From the human T2T-CHM13v2.0 reference genome, Homo sapiens: a DNA stretch of 64,000 nt. The notes under the pieces were generated by a model. The model did not search any database, had not been told where the DNA came from, and worked only from the letters and a program-made list of their open reading frames with translations. This document shows, piece by piece, positions 40,932 to 57,400 of the stretch. Each line of letters begins with the position of its first letter. Positions within the stretch are counted from its first letter, which is position 1. The stretch lies in assembly GCF_009914755.1 (NCBI RefSeq), contig NC_060930.1; one strand, written 5' to 3'. The translations under genes and the position numbers were made by a program.

Positions 40932-41380
40932 TAAGGAAGGAGACCACCTCTCCCATTGTCTCCTGTTTCATGAGAAAGCAAAAAGTTAAAAAAAGAAGCA
41001 GAAGTGAGATCAATGGCCAGATGGTTTAGTGCCAAGAACCAGGCCTGGTAGTTAAACATCAACTCCTGACCTAACCGCTTGTGCTATCCATAGATTCCAG
41101 ATATTGTATGAGGAAGACTTGTGAAACTTTCTGTTCTGTTCTGCTAGCCCCCATCACTGATGCATGTAGCTCTCAGTCATGTAGCCCCCACTTGCACAAT
41201 GTATCATGACCCTTTCACGTGGACCCCTCAGAGTTGTAAGCTCTTAAAAGGGACAGGAATCTTTACTTTGGGGAGCTCGGATCTTGAGACGCGAGTCTAC
41301 CAATGCTCCCAGCTGATTAAAGCCTCTTCCTTCATAGAACCGGTGTCTAAGAGGTTTTGTCTGTGACTGTTCCTGCTACA
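40932..41380 (+). repeat. HERV-E 3' LTR, 449 bp
   Basis: Follows the polypurine tract; about 95% identical to the 5' LTR by hand alignment. Poly(A) signal ATTAAA at 41316-41321. Confidence 0.95.
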
Positions 41381-43150
41381 CCTTCAGGTACTAAAAGCCA
41401 TCAATGACAAACCCACAGCCAACATTATACTGAACAGGGAAAAGTTGAAAACATTCCCCCTGAGAACTGGAATAAGACAATGATGCCCACTTTCACCACT
41501 TCTATTCATTACAGTAATGGAAGTCCTAGCCAGGGCAATCAGACATGGGAAATAAATAAAGGGCATCCAAATCAGTAAAGAGGAAGTCAAACTGTCACTT
41601 TTTGCTGATGATATGATTGTATACCTAGAAAACCCTAAAGACTTATCCAAAAAGCTCCTAGATCTGATAAATGAATTCAGTAAAGTTTCAGGATACAAAA
41701 CTAATGTACACAAATCAGTAGCACTGCTATACACCAACAGTGACCAAGCTGAGAATCAAATAAAGAAGTCAACCCTTTTAAAACAGCTGCAAATAAAATA
41801 AAATACTTAGGAATATACCTAACAAAGGAGGTGAAAGACCTCTACAAGGAAAACTACAAAACATTGCTGAAAGAAATCACACATGACAAAAACAAATGGA
41901 AACACATCCCATGATCATGGATGAGTAGAATCAATACTGTGAAAATGACCACACTGCCAAAAGCAATCTATAAATTCAATGCAATTCCCATAAAAATACC
42001 ATCATCATTCTTCACAGAACTAGAAAAGCCAATCCTAAAAGTCATATGGAATAAAAAAAAGAGCCTGCAAAGCCAAAGCAAGCCTAAGCAAAAACAACAA
42101 ATCTGGAGGCATCACATTACCCAACGGCAAACTATACTACAAGGATATAGTTGCCAAAACAGCATGGTCCTGGTATAAAAACAGGCAGGTAGACCAATGG
42201 AACAGAACAGAGAACCTAGAAATAACGCCACATACTTACTGCCAACTGATCTTTGACAAAACAAATGAAAACAGAGTGGGAAAAAGTGCTGAGATTCACC
42301 TAATTCAACAAACAGTGCTGGGATAATTGGCAAGCCACAGGTAGAAAAATGAAACTGGATCCTCTTCTCTCACCTTATAAAAAAATCAACTCAAGACAGA
42401 TTAAAGACTTAAATTTAAGACCTGAAACCATAAACATTCTAAAAAATAACACTGGAAAAACTCTTCTAGACATTGGTTTAGGTAGAGTTCATGACCAGGA
42501 ACCCAAAAGCAAATGCAACAAAAACAAAAATAAACAGAAGGAACTTAATTAAACTAAAAAGTTTCTGTACAACAAAAGAAATAATCAACAGAATTAACAG
42601 ACAACCCACAGAGTAGGAGAAAATGTATATACATATATATATATATACACACACACATATATATACACACACACACATATATACACACACATATATATAA
42701 ATGTATACACATATATATACACATATATATAAATGTATACACATATATGTATAAATGTAATGCTCCATATATATGTATATGATGAAATACTACTCAGCTA
42801 TAAAAAGGAACAAAATAATGGCATTTGCAGCAACCTGGATGAAGTTGGAGACCATTATTCTAAGTGAAGTAACTCAGGAATGGAAAACCAAACACTGTAT
42901 GTTCTCACTCATAAGTAGGAGCTAAGCTGTGAGAATGCAAAGCCATAAGAATGATATAATGGACTCTGGGGACTCAGGGGGAAGTGTGGGATGAGGGTGA
43001 GGGATAAAAGACTACACATTGGGTACATTGTACACTGCTCTGGTGATGGGGTCCACCAAAATTTCAGAAATCACCACTAAAGAACTTATCTATGTAACTA
43101 AACACCACCTGTTTCCCAAAACCTATTAAAGTAATAATTTTTCAAAAAAA
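41381..43150 (+). mobile_element. L1PB-type LINE-1, 3' part (RT FADD motif to 3' UTR), continuation of 27425-32588
   Basis: ORF2 resumes exactly after the CCTT TSD; [14 protein letters not shown]; L1PB1-like 3' end GGGATAAAAGACTACACATTGGG...CACCACCTGTTTCCC. Confidence 0.9.
42624..42780. repeat. Compound (TA)n/(CA)n microsatellite inside L1PB
   Basis: Alternating TA and CA blocks with repeated ATATATAAATGTATACAC. Confidence 0.92.
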
Positions 43151-44672
43151 GTTGAAATAACTTCCCCTAACCACAATGAAATCTGAAACTAGCATGAAGA
43201 TGCACCAGTCTAAGACTATGCTGAAGTCCCAAGTTTACACATATTTATATCTTTATGTAGGGCTTAGATAGAAAACTAAAACTAAAAGATGAGTAAATAA
43301 TGGAAGAGTGTGTGTGTGTTCAGCTGTAGGAATAATTGTAATGCTCCATTTTATATATTTAATACTAACAGTACAGATGTACAGATACTTATTGGCATGC
43401 TATAGCAAATTTCTGAATTCATTTAACATGTGGCCAAATATCTATTATCTTTTTGTGTTCTTTCTTTTCTCTTTCTGACCTTTATAAAATGGAGCTCGTT
43501 TTTAGAAATATAGTTGTAAAATATCTCTAGCAAACACTGCCTCCAACACCAAGCCACCCACACTGAGGAACTTAAGTCCTGTGATGTTAATGAATGAGAA
43601 TGTCTTTTCCTCCATGATCAAGTGAACAATTTCATATCCTGATTTAATTTTAAAAATCAACAACCAATATGTTCTTAAGAAAAGCAAAGCAGTCTCCATT
43701 TTTAAAAGGTTATATCTCATATTTATGACACAACATATTATCATCACATTTAGCTTAATGGGAAAAAAGTGAACATAACAAATACTGGTATTTCATATTC
43801 ACAAGTCAGGTACAAGCCAACATAGGAAATGAACCTTACTTTTATAATCTAATGTCAAACATTTGAACTATGATTTTAAAATTGTTATCCCATTAACTTA
43901 CATTCTAATTAATATGCATGTAATTTGGTGGAGCCATAGGAATTATGAAAGAACTTCAACAATTAATAAGGATAAGAATCTTTTAACAGTGAATGAAAGA
44001 AACCTTTCCCACAACAACATCAAAAGAAAAGGACACCCTAAAATCATGAACTTTTTTCTACAGGATTGATTATCCAGGCATAAAGGATTGACAAAAGATT
44101 GACTTTTGTCACCGAGCTTGTTAGGAAATGTGCAGATAAAGAAAATGTTATGTTAATAAATCAGGTAAGTGGTAGGGCAACTACCACTCTGATACACATA
44201 ACTCTGAGACTGTGCTTTTGAGACACCATGTAACTCACACCATGCACACAAAAAATTCTCTCCTTACTGAAATATATCAGATAAGCTTCTCTCTTTTTAG
44301 TTACTTCAGCTCTAATAAAGAGAAACAGGATTTTCCAAATCATTGGACAGAAAAATATTGAGCTGTCAGAAATGTTCCTGCTGAAACCTATTAGGATTCC
44401 TGGCTATACTGATGAATTCGGTGAATGGGATAGCGAGGGGGGTTTATGAAGAGAATCTTGCCAATTCCCCTCATGTTACAGGGATATTAAAAATGGAAGA
44501 CAAAAATGTACTTGAATACTTGTCATTATTTAAGGAACTAGAAAAGTCAAGAGGTTCCATAATTCAAGATCCTAATGATGAACTTTAGAGAACGTTTAGA
44601 TTTAGGTTAAATTAATGGAGTTATTTAAAGAGGTGCTAATGCTATGGTAACTAAGATAAGATTTTTCATTTA

Positions 44673-44982
<310 letters not shown>

Positions 44983-45240
44983 GATGTTGATATGATGACT
45001 GAACATCTTCAGTATTAAGTATCTTGCATATTCTATTTAGCCTTAGTCTACTCTGAAAAATCCTTATTTTTCAAAACATAAAAATATGTCATATAAGCAG
45101 GTGGAAAGGAGTTTTAACTCACAACTCTCAAACGGATAGAAGAAAAATAACACATGGAGCCAAGAAACAAATGTGAAAAAAAAAATCAGAAAACTATGTA
45201 ACAACAACAAAAAAATCACAAAACAAATGTATTGGCTTCT

Positions 45241-45555
<315 letters not shown>

Positions 45556-45709
45556 TCAGAAAACATTAACAGAAAGTTACAAAAAAAAACTGAGTGTCTC
45601 AACTCTTTCCTTTTTATAAATTGCCTTGAATGCTAATATTTTTTCATTTCTTATAACAAAGCTTAATGGAATCAATTAACCAACCCTCAACTAATATTAC
45701 TATAAAAAC

Positions 45710-48203
<2,494 letters not shown>

Positions 48204-48406
48204 TGTAAACATTTTTTTAATGGCAAAAGGGATGATCTCAAAGATTAATCTCTAAATGTACTCTTCTAAATGAATCACTGAACTGTTTCGGTCAAAGTCA
48301 ATTTTACTATGGCAAGAATATTAAAATAATCAATTCCTTTGAAAAGCTGAAAGATTTCTTCAGCAGAAATATGCAAAAGCTTATGAAATTATCACCTCAC
48401 ATTCAC

Positions 48407-48680
48407 TTTTTTTTTTTTTTTTTTTTTTTGAGACAGGGTCTCACTCTGTCACCCAGGCTGGAGTACAGTGGTGTGATCACGGCTCACTGCAGCCTCAAAC
48501 TCATGGGGCTTAAGTGATCTTCCCACCTCAGCCTCCAGAGTAGCTGGGACTATAGGCACATGCCACTGAACTTGGCTAATGACAAAAAATTTTTCTTTTT
48601 GTAGAGACAGGGTTCCCAGCATGGTCTCAACCTCCTGGGCTCAAGTGATCCACCTGTCTTAGCCTCCCAAAGTGCTGGAA
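48407..48680 (-). mobile_element. Alu (AluJ-like, 5'-truncated)
   Basis: Poly(T), then GAGACAGGGTCTCACTCTG...CCTCCCAAAGTGCTGG. Confidence 0.88.
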
Positions 48681-48778
48681 CACGATATTTTTATATGTTG
48701 ATTATTATTAGCAAGGTTTTGATGGATTCCAGATAAGAGAACATCCAGGAAAAGTACACTGAAAATGAACAAACATAC

Positions 48779-48845
48779 CTTGATTTGTGCAAAGGGTCTT
48801 TCATAACCTCCAACATACAGGAGGCCAACATTCTGAGGAAGTAAC
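48779..48845 (-). CDS. RNGTT: Internal 67-bp coding exon of mRNA capping enzyme (RNA guanylyltransferase/5'-triphosphatase), C-terminal part of the guanylyltransferase region; probably exon 14
   Basis: Minus strand reads tttttttctttgtag|G TTA CTT CCT...CAA ATC AAG|gtatgt. Translation (G)[22 protein letters not shown] matches my recollection of human capping enzyme (...[32 protein letters not shown]...). Canonical AG (48846-48847) and GT (48777-48778). Exon number is recalled, not derived. Confidence 0.95.
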
Positions 48846-49062
48846 CTACAAAGAAAAAAAAGCATTATTTATAAAATACTCCTTCTTATAAATAAGGTTG
48901 TATAATTATCAAAATTTGAATAATAGATATAATATAGATATACTATAAAATATATTAGATGGATGCTGTGAGAAAAGTAATAACTGTGTAATTATTCTTA
49001 TCTTTCACACTATGAGATAGTAACCAGAAAATAAATAATTTTATATTTCAGAAAATAATGGG

Positions 49063-49230
49063 AGCCAAGTGTGGTTGTGTGTGCCTATAGTCCTAGTACC
49101 TCGACAGACTGAAGCAGGAGGATTGCTTGACTCCAGGAGTCCAAGGTTGTAGTGTGCTATGACTGCACCTGTGAATAGCCACTCCCTTTAGTCTGGGCAA
49201 TATAACGAGACCCCATCTCAAATAATAATA
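49063..49230 (+). mobile_element. Alu monomer (FAM/FRAM-like)
   Basis: Single 7SL-derived monomer containing CCTGTGAATAGCCACT. Confidence 0.78.
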
Positions 49231-49299
49231 ATGATCAGTAAAATGTTGAGAATGAAAAATGTAGAACACTCTAATATATTAGTAATTCTAACAAAATTA

Positions 49300-49530
49300 C
49301 AGAGGGCCCTTGAATAACACAAGTTTGAACAGCATGAGTCCACTTATACAGGGATCGTTTTTCAATAAAAGTTACACTGAGTGTGCCTGCCTCTCCTGCC
49401 TCCCCTTCCACCTCTTCCACCTCTTCTGCCTCTGCCACCACGGAGACAGCAAGACTAACCCCTCTTCCTCCTCCTTCTCAGCCTAGTCAACGTGAAGATA
49501 ACAAGGATGAAGACCTGTATGATGATGCAC
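49300..49530 (+). mobile_element. Tigger2-type DNA transposon fragment
   Basis: CCCTTGAATAACAC...GTCCACTTATAC...GAGACAGCAAGAC...GATGAAGACC; similar to 59148-59562. Confidence 0.75.
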
Positions 49531-50866
49531 CACCACTATGCACTGTACAGGAGATAATATAAACCTAAATATATCGTACCAAAATCTAACAGGAAAACCT
49601 GACAAATACCTATAACCTTAACAAAAGGTACCCTCCAATAAGGGGTATAACAGAGAAACTCACCATTGGAAAGTAGCGGAATAAAGGTATTTGCTATGAA
49701 GGGATCTGGAAAAGTTTGAATAGATGGGATTTGGGATTAGCCTCACTCAAAGAGTGGGTACACAAAGGGAGAAACTTACACAATGTCCTGAGAAAAAGAT
49801 TTGAGATAAAGAGGGCACAAGTATGGACAGAGTAAGAAATAATTTAGTTGGAGATGAGAACTCGAAGTTTCAAATTAACCATGAAGAATTTCAAATGGCA
49901 TATATTTTATTTTGCACGCAATATGGAGTCATATTAAAAGATGTACTTATTTCTTATAAAACAATAAACATGAAAATAAAAATCAAACCAAATAGAGGTC
50001 TAATATAAAAAAATGGTAATGGTTATGGTCTCTGCATTATCCCTTCCTTCTTATTCCCACAGTTCTAATATGCCCATCTCTCTTAAATGCAATGAAACAT
50101 TGAGAATGAAGAAATACTATCATTATAACTGTGCTTGTGGAGTATGTAAGGAACTGGTAGTGGTACAGGGTATAGGAAGGACATAATTAAATATTCTTGT
50201 GTTTAACTGACCTAAATGTAGATATATCTCATCTTTCTTTTATCACAAATCTTTTCATAATGGACATTGTGAATAAATGGATACAACTCCAGTCTGAACA
50301 CGATTACACATAAAGAAGAAGAAAAAAACTGCCCATATTCCTTGCCCAGAGGAACTATGCAACGTCACTTCTCAGAGTCTCAACATTAAAAGTTAATGGC
50401 CTTTTAACATAATAGAATTCTAATGATCTCTAGGATGACTATAAATTCCATTGCATGAATCTGAGAATGGAACACTGTGTGGTATCTAGAGTCAAAACAA
50501 AAAACTAAACAACAACTGCAAACTCAAAACAATCAAAAAGTTCTCGGCATGCCATACTGATATAATCATAGAAAATTAGAACACAAGATTATCGTAACCA
50601 TCTCTTTTAAATTCTGTTAGTGATTTCAAAACCCTACTTCAACAATTCCAGGATATACATTTATTCATAATTTAACTTCTCTGAAATTGAAATGTCTGTG
50701 ATGCTAGGTGGTATAATAATAATAACCAGGTGATTGTTGTGAGGTAGTTGTGTGATTACCCTTCATTGACATGGTCTACTAAGACCACGAAAGCAGTCTC
50801 AAAGCAACTTAGATTCTATGAAATAAGGTAGATATTTAGTCTCCTGGGAATATCCCCTGTCCCCTA

Positions 50867-51184
<318 letters not shown>

Positions 51185-52999
51185 GCCTACAAAGTATTAA
51201 AGGGTCACTAAGAGAATATTAATAGCTGCTAAATACAATTCTGAATTAAGCCAACTTAGCAAAAAGTTTTTCTTACATTTGGAATGTAAGTGATGACATC
51301 ATAATTTGAAACATACTGTTGATGGTTACAAACACGACTAAAGGCATTTGTTTAGTAGATTCAAATAGGAAATGTCCCCTAATCTAAGAAATGGAGAATT
51401 TCTTGGCCCATCATTTGACAAATAAGAAATTAACCAACAAAACTTTAAATCGCTCCCAAATCATTGCTGGTATCATAAATTGAATGTTAGTTATATATAG
51501 CAGTAGTTTAATTTATTTCCTATATAACAAATGTTCACAGAAAGCTTGATAAAACCTCCTTTAGCAGCAGGAACAGTCACTGTTCATACAAATAGATGCT
51601 AGAAAAGGAAAAGAATAAAAGCTGCCTGATATTTAAAAATCAATATGCCTCTAAATTACTATGCATATGCATTTCAGGAAGTTTGCCAATATACTATTTA
51701 GTGTGTCCCTCCCTCCAACTTGCCTAATAACTACCTTTCCCTAAATAAGAAATTTCTTAAATATATCAGTTGGCACATATATATGTATGTATGTATATTT
51801 CACTTTTAAAAAACACTGTTCTTTCTTATTCATATACTTCTTTCTTATTCATTATCCCTTACCATATATTATATTACCACCTTTGTTTGAGTGGATTTTA
51901 ACATGTGTCATAATTTAAAGGCCTGCTATGCATAAGATAATACTTTGAGAACACAAATTCTCACTTTTAAAATGGATTTCTTTAAATACTTTTAACTTTC
52001 AAAAATTATTTTAACAAATTGTATATGTAATTATAGTCAAGTAATATGTAACACTTCATCATGCACGGTGCTTATATACAATATAGCAATCACACATTTT
52101 AAATTCCCAGAGTAAAGCATTAATTCAGCACTAATAAACACATTTATATGTATATTTTAAAATAGAAACCCTGACTCACTTGGTACCAGGTAATTGTTTT
52201 GCCCTTAAGTTAGGCGAACATTACCATAACCTTTATACAAATGCTAACAACTGTAAGATATTTGCTTGCAACTAAATACTTCTATACTGTGGCTACCAAA
52301 GAGGATGTTTTGGAAAGTAGCAATAAGGAGGCATTGTTGGACAAAAACAATTTATCACAGCTTTAGAAGTTAATAGGCAAGACTAATATCCATTTTGCTT
52401 TCAATTTTCCAAACACAAACATTAACCAATATGTATTCTGAAAAGAAAGCCCCAAAATTGTTTCCAGAAAAGTTTCTCATAAAAGAAAGTAGAACTTGTC
52501 AGGTAATAGAATAAACATTTAAAAGAACTTCACTCACCCAATATTGATGATACATCAAACACAGAAAAACTGCTTTAAAAGTAAATTGAGTCTGTAATTA
52601 TTTCAAATTAAAAGTTTAAAAGGAGCAAGGGATTCTTTCTAAAAATAAGCTAAATAACTCAAAATTAACTGTTCTATCTACAAGCCATAACTATAGTACC
52701 CGTTATCAGATATATTTTTAAATTGCAACAAAATACCTTGAAACAACTTATAGCACCTTGAATACTGACTTACATAAAATTCCACTGCTTAGGAAGTTAT
52801 CCAAAGACCAGACTACATCCAATACATCTACTATTAGAAAACAAACAACCAAACAAATAGAAAGCAAATACACTGAATATAGGATCAGTAGTGCCATCTT
52901 CAACTTAAGAAAATGCATATCATTGATAAGGTCTACATTACTCTTTGAATCTTCTAGTGGGATGTAAATTTAAAAAGTGTATTCCATAAAGCAAATTTT

Positions 53000-53179
53000 T
53001 TTTCCTTTTTTTAAAATTTCCAACTTTTATTTTAAGTTCCGGGGTACGTGTGCAGAATGTGCAAGTTTGTTACATCAGTACACATGTGCCATGATGGTGT
53101 GCTGCAAAGATCATCCCATCACCCAGGTATTAAGCCCAGCATCCACTAGCTACTCTTCCTGATCCTCTCCTTCCTCCCA
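53000..53179 (-). mobile_element. Short older L1PA 3' end inserted in L1M
   Basis: Reverse-complement L1PA 3' UTR; perfect 15-bp TSD CATAAAGCAAATTTT at 52985-52999 and 53180-53194. Confidence 0.85.
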
Positions 53180-54136
53180 CATAAAGCAAATTTTGAACAA
53201 ATAAAATAATGCAGATCATAGCCTCAGAACATAACTCAGCTAGAAATCAATAACATATAAGTAACCAGAAAAATCTCCATGTCTGTAAAGACAGAAGTGT
53301 ACTTATAAATAACCCATAGATCAGAGGTAAAATCATAATTGAAATTATGAAATGTCTTCAACCAAATAGCAAAATAACAATATATCAAAACTTGTAGGTT
53401 GCAGTTAAATCCAAGTTATAAAGAAATTTACAATCCAAAATATATATATGAAAAAGAAGAAATGCTTTATAGAAATTGATGAGTTAAGTATCCACCTCAA
53501 GAAATTAGAAAAATGACAGTAACTGAAACCCAACAAAAATAGAAGCAAAGAGATAACAATTAGCAGAAATTCATGAAACGGAAAACACACTGGAGAGTAT
53601 CAAAAACACTAAAAACTATTCCTTCTAAGACAATAATTGAATTGATTCTGAATGAGGCTGACAAAGAAAACACACAAATAATCAGTAGGACAAAGAAAAA
53701 AGAAAACAGCCTAAATGTAGTAATAAATAATAAGAGGATATTATAAATACTTTTATCCCAACAAGTTTCAAAAGTCAGAATAGAGACACTCCTAGAAAAA
53801 TATAATGCACTAAAACTGACACAAGAAAAAAATAGAAAATCTTAGATGTCTCCCATAAACAATTTTAAATTACTCCACAAAGCAAGCAAAAGGTCTAGCA
53901 AATTCACCAGCAAATTCTACCAAAATTAATTCTAATTACACACAAATTTTTCCAGAAAATAGAAAAGAATATTTCCCAATTAATTTTATAAAGTTAGCAT
54001 AACTTTGACATGGACACAAAATGCAATGTGGATTCAGAGAATAAGAAAACAAGCCACAGACTGGGAAAAAAATATTTTCAAAAGACATGTGAAAAATAAG
54101 TTTCATCCAAAATATTCAACAAACTATTAAAACTTA

Positions 54137-54449
<313 letters not shown>

Positions 54450-57400
54450 ATTTAGAAAAAGAAAAAAATAATAATCTGATTTAAAAATGAGCAAAAGACT
54501 GGAACAGAAACCTCACAAAAGAAGATATGCAGATAGCAAGTGGTTATATGAAAAGATGCTCAAGTCTCATATGTCATTAGGGAAATACAAACTGAAGTAA
54601 CACTAAGATACTACAACACACCTATGAGAATGGCCAAAATCCAGAACACTGACACCACCAATGCCGGCAAGGATGTGGAGCAACAGGAACTCGCGAGCAT
54701 TGCTGGTGGGAATGCAAAATAGCATAGCCCCTTTGGAAGACAGTTTAGTGGTTTCTTACAAAACTGAATATACCCTTACCACATGACCCAATAATCATCT
54801 TCCTTGGTATTTACTCAAATAAATAGAAAATGTATGTCCATACAAAAAACCTGCACATGGGTGTTTATAGCGGCTTTATTCATTATTGCCAAAACTTGGA
54901 AGCAACCAAGATGTCCTTGAATAGGTGAAAATAAATGATGGTACACACAGGCAATGCAATATTATTCAATGCCAAAAATAAATGAGCTATCAAGCCACGA
55001 AAAGACACAGAGGAAAGTAACAGTATAAGAAGTCAATCTTAAAAGCCTAAACATTGTATGATCCAACTATATGATATTCTGAGAAAGGCAAAAGGATTTT
55101 TTTAAGGCAGTGAAACCATTCTGTATACTATAATGCTAGATATATGTCATTATACATTTGTCAAAACACCACCAAGAGTAAACCTTAATGCAAACTACAG
55201 ACTTTAGTGATAATTACATGTCAACATAGGTTCATCAACTCTAATAAATGTAGCACTCTGATGCAGAGTACTGATAGTGGGGGAGGGCCATGCATGTGTG
55301 GGGCAGGTAGCATATGAGAACTGTCTGTACTTTCTGCTCAACTTTTGCTATGAACCTAAAACTGCTCTAAAAGATCAAGTCTATTTAAAGAAAGAAATGA
55401 CCTATGAAGCTACAGAAAGACACGGAAGAAATCTAAATGAATATCACTAAGTGAATGAAGCCTATCTAAAAAGACTACATACTATATGATTCTAGCTATA
55501 TGACATTCGGAAGAGGCAAAACTATAGCGGCAAGATCAGTGATTGCCAGGAGATCAGGGGGAGGAAAAAAGGAACAAATGGATGTTGCACAGGAAATTTT
55601 CAGAGCAGAAAACTAGTCTGTATAATACTGTAATGGTTGATATCATCTGTACATCATGAATCTGTCTAAATCCATAGCACTATAAAACACAGCTAAACCC
55701 AATGGAAACTATGGACTTTAGTTAGTAATATAACCAATTTGTCCATCAATTGTAACAAATGTACCACACTAGTGCAACATGATAAGGGAAACTGTATGCC
55801 GAAAGAGAAAGGGTATCTAGGAAATCTCTGCACTTTGTTTAATTTTCCATAAATGTGGAAAAAGACCTATGAAAATGTCATTAATTTTTTTAAAAAATGC
55901 AATGTTGAAGTAAAAGAAAGGAAACATACAATATAGGCCAACTTCAGAGAGGAGAGGGGAGAAGGGGGGAGGATGAGGAGGGAAAAGGAGGAAAGAGGGA
56001 AGGGAAGGGGAAAGGGAAGAAAAAAGAAGCAAAGAAAACCATCAAATTGGGTTTATTCTAAAAATCATTTAATATTAAATAACTCACCATTGTAACTACC
56101 TGAGAAACAGGATGGGGGGAAAGACTGTATTGTTATAATGGCAGAAAAGGTATTTGAAAAAACTAAACACCCTTGTATAAGTACTCTCAGCAAATAAGGA
56201 AGAGAAGCTAACTTTTTCAATTTTATCTAAATGATCTAAGTAAATAAATAAATCAAATCCTAGAGGAAACACACTTAATGGGGAAATTTTAAAATTTTAG
56301 ATGGAGAAGAATGCAAAAACACCTTCTATCACCATTTTTGTTTAACAATGTACTAGAGGTCCTAGCCAGTCTATTAAGGCAAGGAAAAACATGATCTAAG
56401 GTTTAGAGGGAAAAAAGCTCACATTATTCATAAACATAATATATATACATATGTATTCCCCCCAAAATGCAGAAAAATTATTAGGATTAATCAATGAATT
56501 TATAATAAGATTCCTGGATACTAGATCAATTAGAGAAAAATAGCAGTTGTATTACCAGCAACATGCAGTTAAAAAATGAAACTATGGATGATCCAATTCA
56601 AAATGAAATGATAAAAAATATTTTTAATCTAGGAATAAAACTAACAAAAGAAGTGAAAGACCTTAATTAATAAAAGTATCAAACATTATTGCAAGAAATT
56701 TAAGAAAACCTAAGTAAATGAAAGAATACAACATGTTCATAGGTAGGAAATTACAACACTGTTACCACATAAAATGTTCACAACCCAATTTATATATTAA
56801 ATGCAATCTAAAAACTCCTGACAGAATTTGTATGAGAAACTTTATAAGCTCATTCGAAAATATATGAGGAAAAGCAAAACAACAAAAATATTAAAAATCA
56901 TCCTAAAGAAGAACAAAGTAGGAGGACTTGCTTACTAGATATCAAGACTTCTTCTCATGAAGCTTTAGCAATAATGAAAATGTGATTGACGTAAGGACAA
57001 ACAAGTACGTCAGTAGAATAGAACAGAGAACCTAGAAACAGACCTACGCATAGGCACTGAATTTATAACAAAGGTGGCACTGCAGAGCAGAAGTGAAAGG
57101 ATAATCTTTCTAATAAATAGTGCAGGGATAACTGGCTATCCACACAGATGAAAATAATGCCATACAGGAAAATACTGGTATATCTGTCTACATTAAAATT
57201 AATAATTTATGTTTATCAAGAGATAGACTAAGATCCAAACTTCGCACAAGTCACAAGAATAAACTCCAAATGGATTGGGAATCTAAGTACAAAAAAAGGA
57301 GAAACCTTACAAGTATTAAAAGAAAACCTGAGTAAATTCCTCTTCAATCTTGATATAACAAGGAAATAAGAGAAAATGTTGGTAAATCATACTATGTAAA

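Larger units (their letters stand above)
32589..41380 (+). mobile_element. ERVE-4: Full-length defective HERV-E provirus (gammaretrovirus-like), recognised as CT-RCC HERV-E
   Basis: Two LTRs, 4-bp TSD CCTT (32585-32588 and 41381-41384), tRNA-Glu PBS, gag-pro-pol-env remnants and a PPT. Encodes ATFLGSLTWK and lies in an RNGTT intron. Locus name is from literature recall. Confidence 0.93.

Noticed and set aside
32589-41380. Provirus as a novel or replication-competent virus
   Set aside because: It matches a locus I recall as already described (CT-RCC HERV-E), and all genes are disrupted.
42478-42768. Tyr/Ile/Cys/Val-rich ORFs
   Set aside because: Translation of the TA/CA microsatellite.
48659-48865. 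68-aa ORF as a stand-alone gene
   Set aside because: Only 48779-48845 is exon; the flanks are intronic read-through.
55940-56035. Purine-rich tract (also 18146-18200) and G-rich L1 3' UTR (17271-17293) as special structures
   Set aside because: Common low-complexity or L1-intrinsic features, with nothing locus-specific.
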